From positions 1 through 64,000 of IMG/VR virus record IMGVR_UViG_3300033143_006101: a stretch of 64,000 bases of DNA; one strand, given 5' to 3'. The position numbers and the translations under genes are program-made. The notes beneath the pieces are model-generated. The model was not told the origin of the DNA. It did not search any database and saw only the letters and a list, made by a program, of their open reading frames with translations. Numbering within the stretch: the first letter of the stretch is position 1; each line of letters opens with the position of its first letter. This document shows, piece by piece, positions 27,939 through 38,100 of this stretch.

Positions 27939-28655
27939 ATGAGTTTATTTACTGGAGAACATCCTGATGTTTCATCTGGTGACCTTTACGAGTTTAGTTT
28001 TAATAAAATCGAAAGGGCAACTAAATCTGTTATGGTGAATATCTTAGAAAGCTTTTTTTCTACACAAAGTAAAGCTTTTGAGATGGCAATCCCAGAACTC
28101 ACTGCAACAAGGAATACTCCAAATCAACCACCAAAGATTCATATTAAAAAGGATTTTCCTTACACAGAAAGAACATTTCCTCTAATCGTAACCGCGATTA
28201 AGGAAGTAAAGGAGCGAAAAGCTTATATTGGATCCGATGATTTATTTCATATTGATGCAGTAACTGGTCCTGATGGTCTTAAAGCAGGTGTTGAAAATTA
28301 TGTTGGAATGGCAGATGTTGATTTATCACTTATTGTAGTTACTACTTCCCCTGATGAAAGATCACAATTAGCTGAAGCTATTTTCTTATGTTTTACCCAT
28401 TATTTTAGAAATCAATTTATTTACATGGGAGAAGACGAGTCTCTTTTTTCTATTACTCCTGCTACTAAACAAATTACAATGGGGGCAGAAACTGAGATAA
28501 CAGACGAATCAGCAGTAACAATGATATATGTTAAAGATATCGCCCTCTCAGCTTTTATTGAATATCATTTTAGAGACTTCTCGGTTGGTAAACTATATGA
28601 ATTAAGAAATATAAACTATGAATTAAATGATGAATTAAATGTTATCGAAATCTAA
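27939..28655 (+). CDS. putative tail terminator/completion protein
   Basis: Immediately upstream of the sheath; FPLIVT...SPDERSQLAEAI pattern. Confidence 0.55.
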   Translation: MSLFTGEHPDVSSGDLYEFSFNKIERATKSVMVNILESFFSTQSKAFEMAIPELTATRNTPNQPPKIHIKKDFPYTERTFPLIVTAIKEVKERKAYIGSDDLFHIDAVTGPDGLKAGVENYVGMADVDLSLIVVTTSPDERSQLAEAIFLCFTHYFRNQFIYMGEDESLFSITPATKQITMGAETEITDESAVTMIYVKDIALSAFIEYHFRDFSVGKLYELRNINYELNDELNVIEI

Positions 28656-28671
28656 ATTTTTAAGGTATTCA

Positions 28672-28698
28672 CCTTAAAATTTACGAGAATTTTTCTAA
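28672..28698 (+). promoter_or_regulatory. putative late promoter CCTTAAA-N16-CTAA, overlapping an inverted repeat (TTTTAAGGT-ATTC-ACCTTAAAA)
   Basis: Motif copy upstream of the sheath gene. Confidence 0.6.
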
Positions 28699-28744
28699 TT
28701 TTTTAACAGTAATGTATTAAGAAAATGACTTGAGAGGTATAATT

Positions 28745-30106
28745 ATGGCATTAGGATATCAACTACCTGGAACAACAATAGAAGAAGTAACTAGTCCAGC
28801 TTCCGCGAATCCTACTACTACACAACGAATTCCTTGTTTTATAGGAGTAGCTAGTGATTATAAATTGGTAAGATATGAAGAAGTTGTAAGATCATCAACC
28901 GGTTTAATAGATAGTTTAGAATTTACCAGTGAAGGAATCTATGAAGTAGTGGAATGCGGTTCACAAAAAGGACTTGCAGATTATGTAGAAGGCACTCATT
29001 TTAATGTTGCAAGCAATCAAATAGTTTGGACTTCTTCTGGTATTGTTACTATAGGTGCAACATATTTCGTTACGTATAGGTATAACAGACCATCAAGTGA
29101 CTATAGCTATAAAGTATTTTATAATTATGAAGATATAGTTGCTGATTTAGGAGAAGATATACCAGACAATCCTCTTGTAAATATTGCAAAAATAGCTCTT
29201 AGATATTTTAGTAATCCCGCCATTGCCGTAGTACAAGTTCCAGCTACAGAAACTACCTCCGATTATGTAGATGCCCTTGATCTTGTAAAATATAGAGATA
29301 CACAAACTGTATGTGCATTAACAACTACTGTAGCAGTACGAGCTCTTCTTGTTTCTCATGTAGTAGAAAGAAGTTTACCAGATAATGGCAGATATAGAAT
29401 TACATATACAGGAGCACCAGCTAATACACCTGTAGGAACTGAAGATGATCCTAGTTCATTAAGAGGTATGGCTGTCGCAATTCAACAAGAAAGAGTTATT
29501 TTTGTCAATGCGACAAGAGCTAAATATTATTATAATGATCCAAATACAGGAGTAGAAACATATGCTGTAGTAGATGGAGCATTTATAGCTGCAGTTGTAG
29601 CAGCATTCAGAGATTCATTCTCTCATCCTACAACTACATTACTTAACAGGGTAATGCCTGGTATAGAATTGTATGATGAAGATTACGATGATTATTATGA
29701 TGAGAATAAACTAACTCTATCCGGTTCGAGCAGTTTATTTCTTATGGCTCCATCTGGAGGTTTAGTTCGAATCATAGATGATTTAACAACAGATAATTCA
29801 ACAGTAGAGCGTAATAATATTAACATCATTACAGCAAAAGATTATATTGCTAAAGATGTTGCTGTTCAAATGAATAGAACTTTTAAAGGTTCTCTAATTA
29901 AAAACAGACCTCAATATCAAGGAGTAGTTTTAAATTATTTAACTATATTATTTAAAGCTTATCTCCAAAACAATGTTATTGAGAATATAGGAACATTAAA
30001 AGTAACACTTCCAACTAATAGACGTGATACTGTAAATATTTTTTATAGTTACAGTGCTGTATATACACACAAGTATACTGAGGGTACATACACACTTGTA
30101 GTTTAA
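28745..30106 (+). CDS. contractile tail sheath protein
   Basis: YQLPGTTIEE N-terminus, IPCFIG, RIIDDLTT...NINII..KDYI C-terminal core; start MALGY. Confidence 0.85.
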   Translation: MALGYQLPGTTIEEVTSPASANPTTTQRIPCFIGVASDYKLVRYEEVVRSSTGLIDSLEFTSEGIYEVVECGSQKGLADYVEGTHFNVASNQIVWTSSGIVTIGATYFVTYRYNRPSSDYSYKVFYNYEDIVADLGEDIPDNPLVNIAKIALRYFSNPAIAVVQVPATETTSDYVDALDLVKYRDTQTVCALTTTVAVRALLVSHVVERSLPDNGRYRITYTGAPANTPVGTEDDPSSLRGMAVAIQQERVIFVNATRAKYYYNDPNTGVETYAVVDGAFIAAVVAAFRDSFSHPTTTLLNRVMPGIELYDEDYDDYYDENKLTLSGSSSLFLMAPSGGLVRIIDDLTTDNSTVERNNINIITAKDYIAKDVAVQMNRTFKGSLIKNRPQYQGVVLNYLTILFKAYLQNNVIENIGTLKVTLPTNRRDTVNIFYSYSAVYTHKYTEGTYTLVV

Positions 30107-30127
30107 ATTTAATAGAGAGGTATAATT

Positions 30128-30817
30128 ATGGCATTAGCAAATAGAGTTCTGCCAATAAACTACGCAGCAAGTACAAACAACTTAAATGGCACAATTCCTA
30201 AAACTGCAATTCAATCTATTACTATGGCGATACGTATTGGTCCAAAACAACACGCTATAGGTTATATACAGGAATTTAGTTGGACAGCTGATAGAGATGT
30301 AAAAATGTTACATCAAATAGAACCTTATCCAAATGGAACATTTGATGGTTCAGCTGTACTTGAATCAGATTTTTTTACATCAGGATATTGGCCAGGTGAG
30401 CCAGTAGAAGGAGTACCTGGAAAGATTGATGGTATCAAGGTTACTCTTAAGCGATATGCTCTTTATACCTCAAATCTATTAGCAGCATTAACAAGACTTA
30501 GTGGTGCAGGTACAGAAGATGCGGATATTCCTGTTGATAACGCTTCAGTAAATAATACCGAAGATGTTAATAAGTATGTTTCACTTATTCAGCAAGTTAG
30601 ACCAATTGATATCTATCAAATGTATGTGTCTCCAACTAATGGAGCTATTGTATTCGGAAGAAAATTTGAAGAATGTTGGTTTACTTCATTAGGAGAAGAA
30701 ATTCCTGCAGCTGAAACTAATGAACCTATTATGGAAAATGGTGAATTAACTGCAACAAGAGTAAGACCTTATTTTAATCTTACTGGAGAAACACAAGTTA
30801 ATGAAGGAGAAGGATAA
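30128..30817 (+). CDS. tail tube protein
   Basis: Follows the sheath; IGYIQEFSW, LKRYALY, PIDI, FEECWF. Confidence 0.75.
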   Translation: MALANRVLPINYAASTNNLNGTIPKTAIQSITMAIRIGPKQHAIGYIQEFSWTADRDVKMLHQIEPYPNGTFDGSAVLESDFFTSGYWPGEPVEGVPGKIDGIKVTLKRYALYTSNLLAALTRLSGAGTEDADIPVDNASVNNTEDVNKYVSLIQQVRPIDIYQMYVSPTNGAIVFGRKFEECWFTSLGEEIPAAETNEPIMENGELTATRVRPYFNLTGETQVNEGEG

Positions 30818-30869
30818 AAATTAGTAATATAATATTGCAATTTTTTAAAAACAAAGGAGATGAAAAATT

Positions 30870-31631
30870 ATGAATCAACGAAATCAAGCAGAGGGGCCTT
30901 CAAACGCAGGCTCTGATGTACCTATTTCTAGTGAAGATTTATTAACTGGTTCTGAATTAGCAGCAACAATGCCACTTAATATACCACAAGAACCAGAAGT
31001 AGTACCTCAAAGACAAACTCCTCAACCACAACAACAAGGCATTGATCCAGCACAAATACCAGATGTGCATAAAATGGAAGGTGTACCTAATGCTGCAAGA
31101 AGAATGGAAATTGCACAACAAGTAGACGCTCAAATGAATAAAGTTGAATCTATTGATGATCAGATTAGAAAAGATGTTGAAGCAGCTCAAAATAAAAAAT
31201 TTGAGGGTACACCAAGAACACCAAAAGAAGTTTTAAAAAATCTGATAGCTAAAGGAGAATACTCCGAAGACTTTGATTTATTTGGACAAAAGTGGACTTT
31301 AAGAGCATTGGATCAAGGAGATACTATTTTATCTTTGGATGAAGTACGTGATACTATTGAAACGCAGTCGGGACGAATATTAGCTTTAATGTTTGGTACT
31401 ATTACTTTTGCTATAGAAGCAGTTAATGGCATTCCAATTTATGAGTGGTTTGAAGAGCTTAAACTTGCAGATTTTAATAATGATAGAATGGAATATCATA
31501 TAGCAGTCCGTAAAGCATTAAGAAAGTATTTGGAGGCTATGCCACCAGGAGTAATAGATGCTTTATATGAAAAATATTTAGCATTAGAAGCTAGAAGGGC
31601 AAAGGCATTAGAAGAATTAAAAAACTCCTAA
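30870..31631 (+). CDS. tail assembly chaperone (G form)
   Basis: Between tube and tape measure; ends at a slippery site. Confidence 0.7.
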   Translation: MNQRNQAEGPSNAGSDVPISSEDLLTGSELAATMPLNIPQEPEVVPQRQTPQPQQQGIDPAQIPDVHKMEGVPNAARRMEIAQQVDAQMNKVESIDDQIRKDVEAAQNKKFEGTPRTPKEVLKNLIAKGEYSEDFDLFGQKWTLRALDQGDTILSLDEVRDTIETQSGRILALMFGTITFAIEAVNGIPIYEWFEELKLADFNNDRMEYHIAVRKALRKYLEAMPPGVIDALYEKYLALEARRAKALEELKNS

Positions 31632-31678
31632 GTCGTCCATCGGAAGACTTATCAGATCTAGCTGATCTGGTGGGCGAC
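31619..31678 (+). other. programmed -1 frameshift signal A-AAA-AAC plus downstream 13-bp stem
   Basis: The -1 frame is open into the 31670 ORF; GTCGTCCATCGGA pairs with TCTGGTGGGCGAC. Confidence 0.8.
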
Positions 31679-32095
31679 GAAAATTTTGTCAAGCTGCTAG
31701 TCTGTTTCCGTAATAAATGGAATCCATATTCAAAAGAAATAATGAAATTACCATCTCATTATTGGATTTTACAATTGTATATGATTCGTATGGAACCACT
31801 TCTTAATTGGAGAAATAGTTGGGAACCTCAAGCAGAGCTTATTGGCCAATTAACACATCCAGAAATATATAAAGATTATATAAAATTTAAAGAGAAAATT
31901 AAAGAGAAAAAAGATAAGAATGAACCTGTGGACGTGTCTATTAAAACTGAAAAGGGAGTGGCATCTTATTCAGAAACGAAATATAGATATGATCCTAATA
32001 GGGGGCTTGTAGATGCAGATGGTAATATAATTGTTCCAAAAGAAAAATTTGATAAAACAATGCATTTAGAACAAGGAATAAATATTAGTTATTAG
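31670..32095 (+). CDS. tail chaperone T portion (read as a GT fusion)
   Basis: No clear Shine-Dalgarno of its own; in the -1 frame of the upstream gene. Confidence 0.7.
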   Translation: MGDENFVKLLVCFRNKWNPYSKEIMKLPSHYWILQLYMIRMEPLLNWRNSWEPQAELIGQLTHPEIYKDYIKFKEKIKEKKDKNEPVDVSIKTEKGVASYSETKYRYDPNRGLVDADGNIIVPKEKFDKTMHLEQGINISY

Positions 32096-32103
32096 GAGGA
32101 ATC

Positions 32104-34374
32104 ATGTCAGGAGGAATAGACGTTCTTTTAAAAAATGTTAAAACTTGGTTTGAAGAACAAGGCGAGGTTGGATTAGGTGCAGCTGGTTCAGTTCGTGGTA
32201 GCCTTGGACCAGGTGGAACAACAGGCATGGATCCAACTGTACAAAAAGAATATTATAAATTAGCTGTTAATGCTGAAACACAATTATATGCATTAATGAA
32301 GAACAAAAATATATCATTTAATAAAGCTCTTACACAAATGAAAAAAGAAACTTCTGAAATGAAAATTCAGAATAAACTTCAAAGAGAAGCAAAAAGACGT
32401 AAAGAAGACATATTAAAGATGGTTAATAAACAATATAAGCAAGATAAAAAAAGTACATTGTTACATAAAACTGCACAAAAATATGTAAGTAAAAAAGGTC
32501 CTGGAGGTGGGGGGCCTAAAGGTCCAAAAGTACCCAAAGGAGGGACTATTGGTGCAGCAATTGGCTTTGGGGTAGGAGTAGCTATTAATACTGCTAAAGC
32601 CGTAACATTAACATTTATGGATGCAATGGAAACTGCCATGCGAGGAGGCTGGCAAGGAGTATTACAAGCCGCAGTTAATATAGTCTCAAAAATAGCGAGT
32701 GTTTTTAGTGAGACTCTTGGAAAGGTGGTAGGTACTATCGGTAGTGTACTTATTCAAGGTTATATGATTTTAATGGGAAGAGCGATAGCTCAAACACAAG
32801 CGTCATTAAGGCTTGCAGGTCTTACAGGACGTGCTAAAAAAGGGAAAGGTGGGCAAGCTCCAGAAGCTAATATAAATACATTTGGTGGGTCTATTAAATT
32901 AATGAGAGAATGGACTGGTGCTATAGCAGGAGTAGGCGTAAGTAGTAATGCACTAATAAAAGATTTTTATAGAATTGGATCAACAATGGGTATGACAGGG
33001 CAAGAAACAGCTACATATTTTGAGGCTATGTTATCCAGTGCTCAAGATTCTGCTTTAGCCATGAAAAACATGAAAGTAATGATGTACGATGTATCTCAAA
33101 TGTCTAAAAAGGCTGGGATATCTACAACAAAACTTGCTTCTTGGGTTTCAGATGCTGCAGTACAAGCACGTATGTTGAATGTAGATTTTAAATCAGTCTC
33201 GAATACAATGCGGATGTTAGTAGATAAACAAAAAACTCTTGCAATGTTCGGTGTTGATTTAAGATCACAAGGACCAGCAATTTTAAAAACACTTACTGGA
33301 GTTGCACAATCCTGGGACATGGCTACACATGCTATGGTAGGTATGGGAATGTATGCTGATCAATATAAAAAAGATACTGGTAAAGAAATGGGTGTAGGCC
33401 GTGGTTATATAGCCTCTCGATATGGTATTGAAGCGGCTAAAGGATTTAAAATGGACAAAGGTAGATGGGGGATGGGGAAAGGCATGACAGGAGCAGCTGC
33501 GATGCGTACACCTAAGATGACAGCTGATCAATTAAAATATATGCAAACATTTGCTGTTGAACAAACCGCAGGAATAAAAGATGAAGGTGAAAGAATGATG
33601 GCCCAGAAAAAAATTCTTTCAGAAATATTTAAGATAACTGATGAAGGTGCACAAACAGCAATCATGACAGCTAAAGAAGGGGATTTTAAAAAGTTAGCAG
33701 CTAATAAAAAATTACAACAATCTACTATGAGTATTAAACAAATAAATACAAGAATGCTTGGTATGCAAACAAGAAGTCAAAATATACAATTAATGATTTA
33801 TAATATTATGAAAAAAGTATTGGCAGTTCTTATTCATAGTTTTGGAGTTATTTATAATATACTTAAAATAATTGCTGGTGGAATAATGATGACTGCTTCT
33901 ATAATTAAACCTGGAGATTGGTTAAAATCTACAGTTTCAAAAGACACTTGGCTTAGGAGAGGATTTGATATGGCACAACAAGGAATGGAGGGAACAGCCT
34001 ATCATGGAGCTCGAGTTGCAGAAAATGTTAAAAAAGTTGTTGTTGGCGTAAAAAAAGTAACTGATAAAGTTGTGAAACCAGCCGTTACAGAAGTTACTAC
34101 TGACTATAAACCAAAACCAGAAAAACAACATACAGGAGGTCCTTTTGATGCATTAACACCATATATAGCGAAATATAATGAAAAATTATCATTGAAAGAA
34201 GATGAATTTGTTTTTGCTGCTGGAAGCTCGGGATTTGTTTCTCCTGAAGGACCAGGGGAAGCCTCGCGTAGTGGAAATTCAATACAATTAATTTTTAATA
34301 TAGAAAATGGGACACCAGAAATAATATTAAGCAAAGTAAGAGATGCATTACAATACGAAAGTCCAATGGGGTAA
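32104..34374 (+). CDS. tape measure protein
   Basis: Helical Ala/Gly/Met/Lys-rich ORF with hydrophobic segments, after the chaperones. Confidence 0.75.
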   Translation: MSGGIDVLLKNVKTWFEEQGEVGLGAAGSVRGSLGPGGTTGMDPTVQKEYYKLAVNAETQLYALMKNKNISFNKALTQMKKETSEMKIQNKLQREAKRRKEDILKMVNKQYKQDKKSTLLHKTAQKYVSKKGPGGGGPKGPKVPKGGTIGAAIGFGVGVAINTAKAVTLTFMDAMETAMRGGWQGVLQAAVNIVSKIASVFSETLGKVVGTIGSVLIQGYMILMGRAIAQTQASLRLAGLTGRAKKGKGGQAPEANINTFGGSIKLMREWTGAIAGVGVSSNALIKDFYRIGSTMGMTGQETATYFEAMLSSAQDSALAMKNMKVMMYDVSQMSKKAGISTTKLASWVSDAAVQARMLNVDFKSVSNTMRMLVDKQKTLAMFGVDLRSQGPAILKTLTGVAQSWDMATHAMVGMGMYADQYKKDTGKEMGVGRGYIASRYGIEAAKGFKMDKGRWGMGKGMTGAAAMRTPKMTADQLKYMQTFAVEQTAGIKDEGERMMAQKKILSEIFKITDEGAQTAIMTAKEGDFKKLAANKKLQQSTMSIKQINTRMLGMQTRSQNIQLMIYNIMKKVLAVLIHSFGVIYNILKIIAGGIMMTASIIKPGDWLKSTVSKDTWLRRGFDMAQQGMEGTAYHGARVAENVKKVVVGVKKVTDKVVKPAVTEVTTDYKPKPEKQHTGGPFDALTPYIAKYNEKLSLKEDEFVFAAGSSGFVSPEGPGEASRSGNSIQLIFNIENGTPEIILSKVRDALQYESPMG

Positions 34375-34377
34375 AAT

Positions 34378-35148
34378 ATGGCAGGATTTACACCTTTTCA
34401 ATTTTCATCTAAAATGTTACAAGAAAAAACTACTAGTGGAATTCTTGGAGGAATTAATATTGGTGGGGATGTAGCCGATATTATTCACGGATCCTTTTCT
34501 TGGCATGAAATGTGGATCAATCCAGACAAAGTTAATATTTCAACTCGATATATTCAAAAACCACAACATACGGCTGGTTCTATAGTAACATATCATTATC
34601 GTCAAGAAAACCCAAAATTATCAGTATCGGGATATTGTGGTTGGGTACGAATAGAATCGCAAAGTGATGGAGGATCTTTAATTAAAGTAAAAAAGACTGG
34701 ATCAGCATGGGATTTATATTCAGGAGGAGTATTCGGAGAAGGATGGGAATTAGATACAAATAAGAAAGCATTTGGTAGAAGTGCAGGAGAACCAAGATTA
34801 GGTAAGAGTGATAATACAGATAATTCCCCAAGAAAATTTTTAACTAGATTAAAAGGGATTGCTGATGAACCTCCTTATTTTCTAGATTATAATGGAATAG
34901 AACATTATAACACGAAATTAATAAAAATGTTCACTAAGCAATTTCCTAAAGGCATTATTTGTGAAGGGTATTATACAGATTTCAGTGTGCCCGAAGAAGC
35001 AGCAGATACACAAACAGTACGATATGAGTTTAATTTTGTAATAGAAAGAATGATACCTATATCATTTGCAGATCAAGCATTAGGTATGTTTGGCATGAGT
35101 TCTAAACAAAAACAAGGAATAGGAAAAACATTAAGGAGCGGTCACTAA
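34378..35148 (+). CDS. putative tube initiator/baseplate protein
   Basis: MWINPDKVNI...GYYTDFSVPEEA...RYEFNFVI. Confidence 0.6.
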   Translation: MAGFTPFQFSSKMLQEKTTSGILGGINIGGDVADIIHGSFSWHEMWINPDKVNISTRYIQKPQHTAGSIVTYHYRQENPKLSVSGYCGWVRIESQSDGGSLIKVKKTGSAWDLYSGGVFGEGWELDTNKKAFGRSAGEPRLGKSDNTDNSPRKFLTRLKGIADEPPYFLDYNGIEHYNTKLIKMFTKQFPKGIICEGYYTDFSVPEEAADTQTVRYEFNFVIERMIPISFADQALGMFGMSSKQKQGIGKTLRSGH

Positions 35149-35149
35149 T

Positions 35150-38100
35150 ATGGCTTTGGGAGGAGGTGTAGGTTCCCCAGTAAGAAATAAAAGAAATATG
35201 GATCGGGGGGTTGTTTTTGGAACATTCCCGGGTGGTGGTATTGTATATGATACAAAAGAATTTGAAAGGGAACGTTTAGATGGAACAAATATAATAGATT
35301 TAGTTCCTGATTGTAGAGTATTTATATTTGGAACAGAAGTAACTAAAGATATAAAAAATGTAACTATAACAAATAAATTAAGAGGTAATACTTGCCAACT
35401 TAATTTGGCTAATCCACGCGGTAAGTATGAAATAAGTAAAGCAGATTTATCTGGTAAATGGAGAGAAGATAAAGATATTCTAGCTATTTATGAATATGAT
35501 CGATTTAAACGACAGCAACCTATGGCTCCTGATATGGCTAAGCTTCTACTTGGAAATAAAAAATATGAACAATATCAAGGGGCACGACAAACATTTTTCA
35601 AAGGTCCCGGTTCAGATTTACCCCCATTTAATTCAACTCGTATGATTTTTGAAACAAAATTTTGGAGTGGCATAGATAAAAAAGTAGGAGATATCGTTTT
35701 TGATTATAGAGATCCTGTAATGATTTTTATGAAAGGCCGTTTTAGTCCTTATTGGTATTTTGCATTCACAGGTGTTGTAGTTAAATGGGATGATAATGAT
35801 ACTTATGGTACAGAACAGAGTATAAATCTTTTTTGTGAAGATGTTTTCTTTTTATTGAAAAAACAAAAATTCACACAACAAGGATCATTACTACGTGCTG
35901 GTTATTTAGATACAGCCACAAGAACTAGATTTGGAAACCAAGCTATAAATATATGGAAAAATGTTTTAGGTTCACCAAAGCATTCTTCTTTACAAAAAGT
36001 TGTACAAGTTTTATTTTATGGTACGGATTATGCCAGTAAAGTAAAAAATTGTCATCCTTTATATAATGAAGAAATGAATAAACTTGTTGCTTTAAAAAAA
36101 GAGTATAATGATGTTACTAAAATACGTGGATATCTATCAAATGTATTTGGGATAGGTAAAGAAGCCACAACATTCTTTTTAGATAAAGGTTCTTTTATGA
36201 CTACTTGGGGTACTAATCCAGATGCCCAACAAGGAGTGTTTAGTGCCGAGCCAAGTTCTAGTAATTTAATTACATTAGGTGAATTAGATACACCTATGCA
36301 TAATAACCAACTTAATACATTACCTTTTAGTCAATGGCAAAATTTTTATCCACAATTAAATGCTATACCAATAGATGATTATGAGGATCCAAAAGAATTA
36401 CAGTATAAATATATATCATCAGTACGATATTGGGAAGTACGTCCTAAAATGAGTAATAATCCTAATAAAGAACAAACTGGATGGACAGATATGGGCAGTA
36501 TTGTAGGAGCATGTGGAACTCATCCAGCACTTACATATGAATTTATAAATCATTTTGAAGTACTACCAAGAGTTTGGGCTCAATGTTATAAGTATGCAAC
36601 AGGAAGTAGTGCAGCTAATCCAATGGATCGATTAAATGTTTCACCACATGAAAAAATATTAGAATTAGTATCTGGAAGTCCGACAGAACAAAGACCAAAT
36701 CTTAATAGTGAAACAGGTACTAACATAAATTTATTTAGACCAAGATTATTTGTTATTACCCCTCAAAAATTTCAAAATAAAAATAAAGCTATTATAGCAA
36801 CTGCTATTGGAAATTTACAATTACAAAACGAACAAACTACAACTACTTATAAAGCTCTTGTAGAAATTCTTGATGCAATAGAGTTTACTGCCTATTGCTC
36901 TCCTATGGGAGATGTTTTCATTGAACCAGAGATGTATGATTTTCATCCACAAGATTTTCTATTGGGACCTACGCCAGAAGCTGTTGGGAAAATAGAAACT
37001 CGTTCACCTATACTTAAACAAACTCCTATAAAATTTAGGGCTATTTTAGCAGAATCTGATCCAGAAGTAAAACAAGTTAGAACTGATAAAGCTTTTATGT
37101 ATAATACCCAAGCAAACCATCCTTTCTTTTTACCAGAAAAAGATAGAATAAGATGTACTCAATCTTTTAAACCAGAAAATATTTTTACATTCATAAAAGT
37201 ATTACCTTCAGTAACCAAACAAGGTATGGCTATTGTTGAAAAAGTATTTCAGGATTTCATGAGTAGAAACACAACGGTAACTTATGCTGCACCATATGAC
37301 GCAAAAGGAGAAGGAGTGTTGCGTCCGGCAATGTATTTTGCAGACGGTTTTAGTAAAAGATTAGATAGAGAAAAAATGCAAATTGATAAAAAATATATTG
37401 ATACTGAAATTAAAGCTTTAGAAGATATTTATAAAAAATTATTAGTTTCTGATCTTTATGATTCAAACAGAAATACACCATTAGAAGCATTTCTTAAAGA
37501 TAGTGCTACTGCAGCTTGGGCATTAACTACTGATAATTATCATCAAGAGAAAGGATGGGGCACGGATAGAGGTACAGCAGCAGCTGGATTAACTGCGTTT
37601 TTTAAATCAGAACAAACAGAGACTGCTACTACAACTAATGAATATGGTTTAACTCAATTAGATGATATAGATATGGCACTTATTGAAACTATGTGTCCAA
37701 CAATTCTTACGATTTTATATGATAAATATCAAACAAGCAGATCAGGAAAGTTACGTAAAAAATATAAATATTCAAATGCAAAAGATATAATAGGATTAAC
37801 TAAAACTACTCCTATTGGTTATTGGTTTGGATTAAAAGATATTGGATCAACTTATACTGCTTTTACTAGATTAGGCCAGCCTAGTAAAGCTAACCCAAAA
37901 CAAAAGACCCCAAGAAATATAGCTACTGATAAAGTAAAAGCAATTCAGGAAGAACTTATAGTGCTATATGAATGCATTGCTCTTAATGCTGGAGGCGAAC
38001 TAAAAACTGCATTTGAAGCAATGCAAGTTAAAGTAGCTATTAGAAATGGTAATTATAAATTTCCGAAAATGTTAAACTTATCTGATTTAAAAGAACTTGA

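Noticed and set aside
14124-28655. Major capsid, portal or terminase genes
   Set aside because: No ORF shows recognisable HK97-fold, portal or terminase motifs; they probably lie outside the window.
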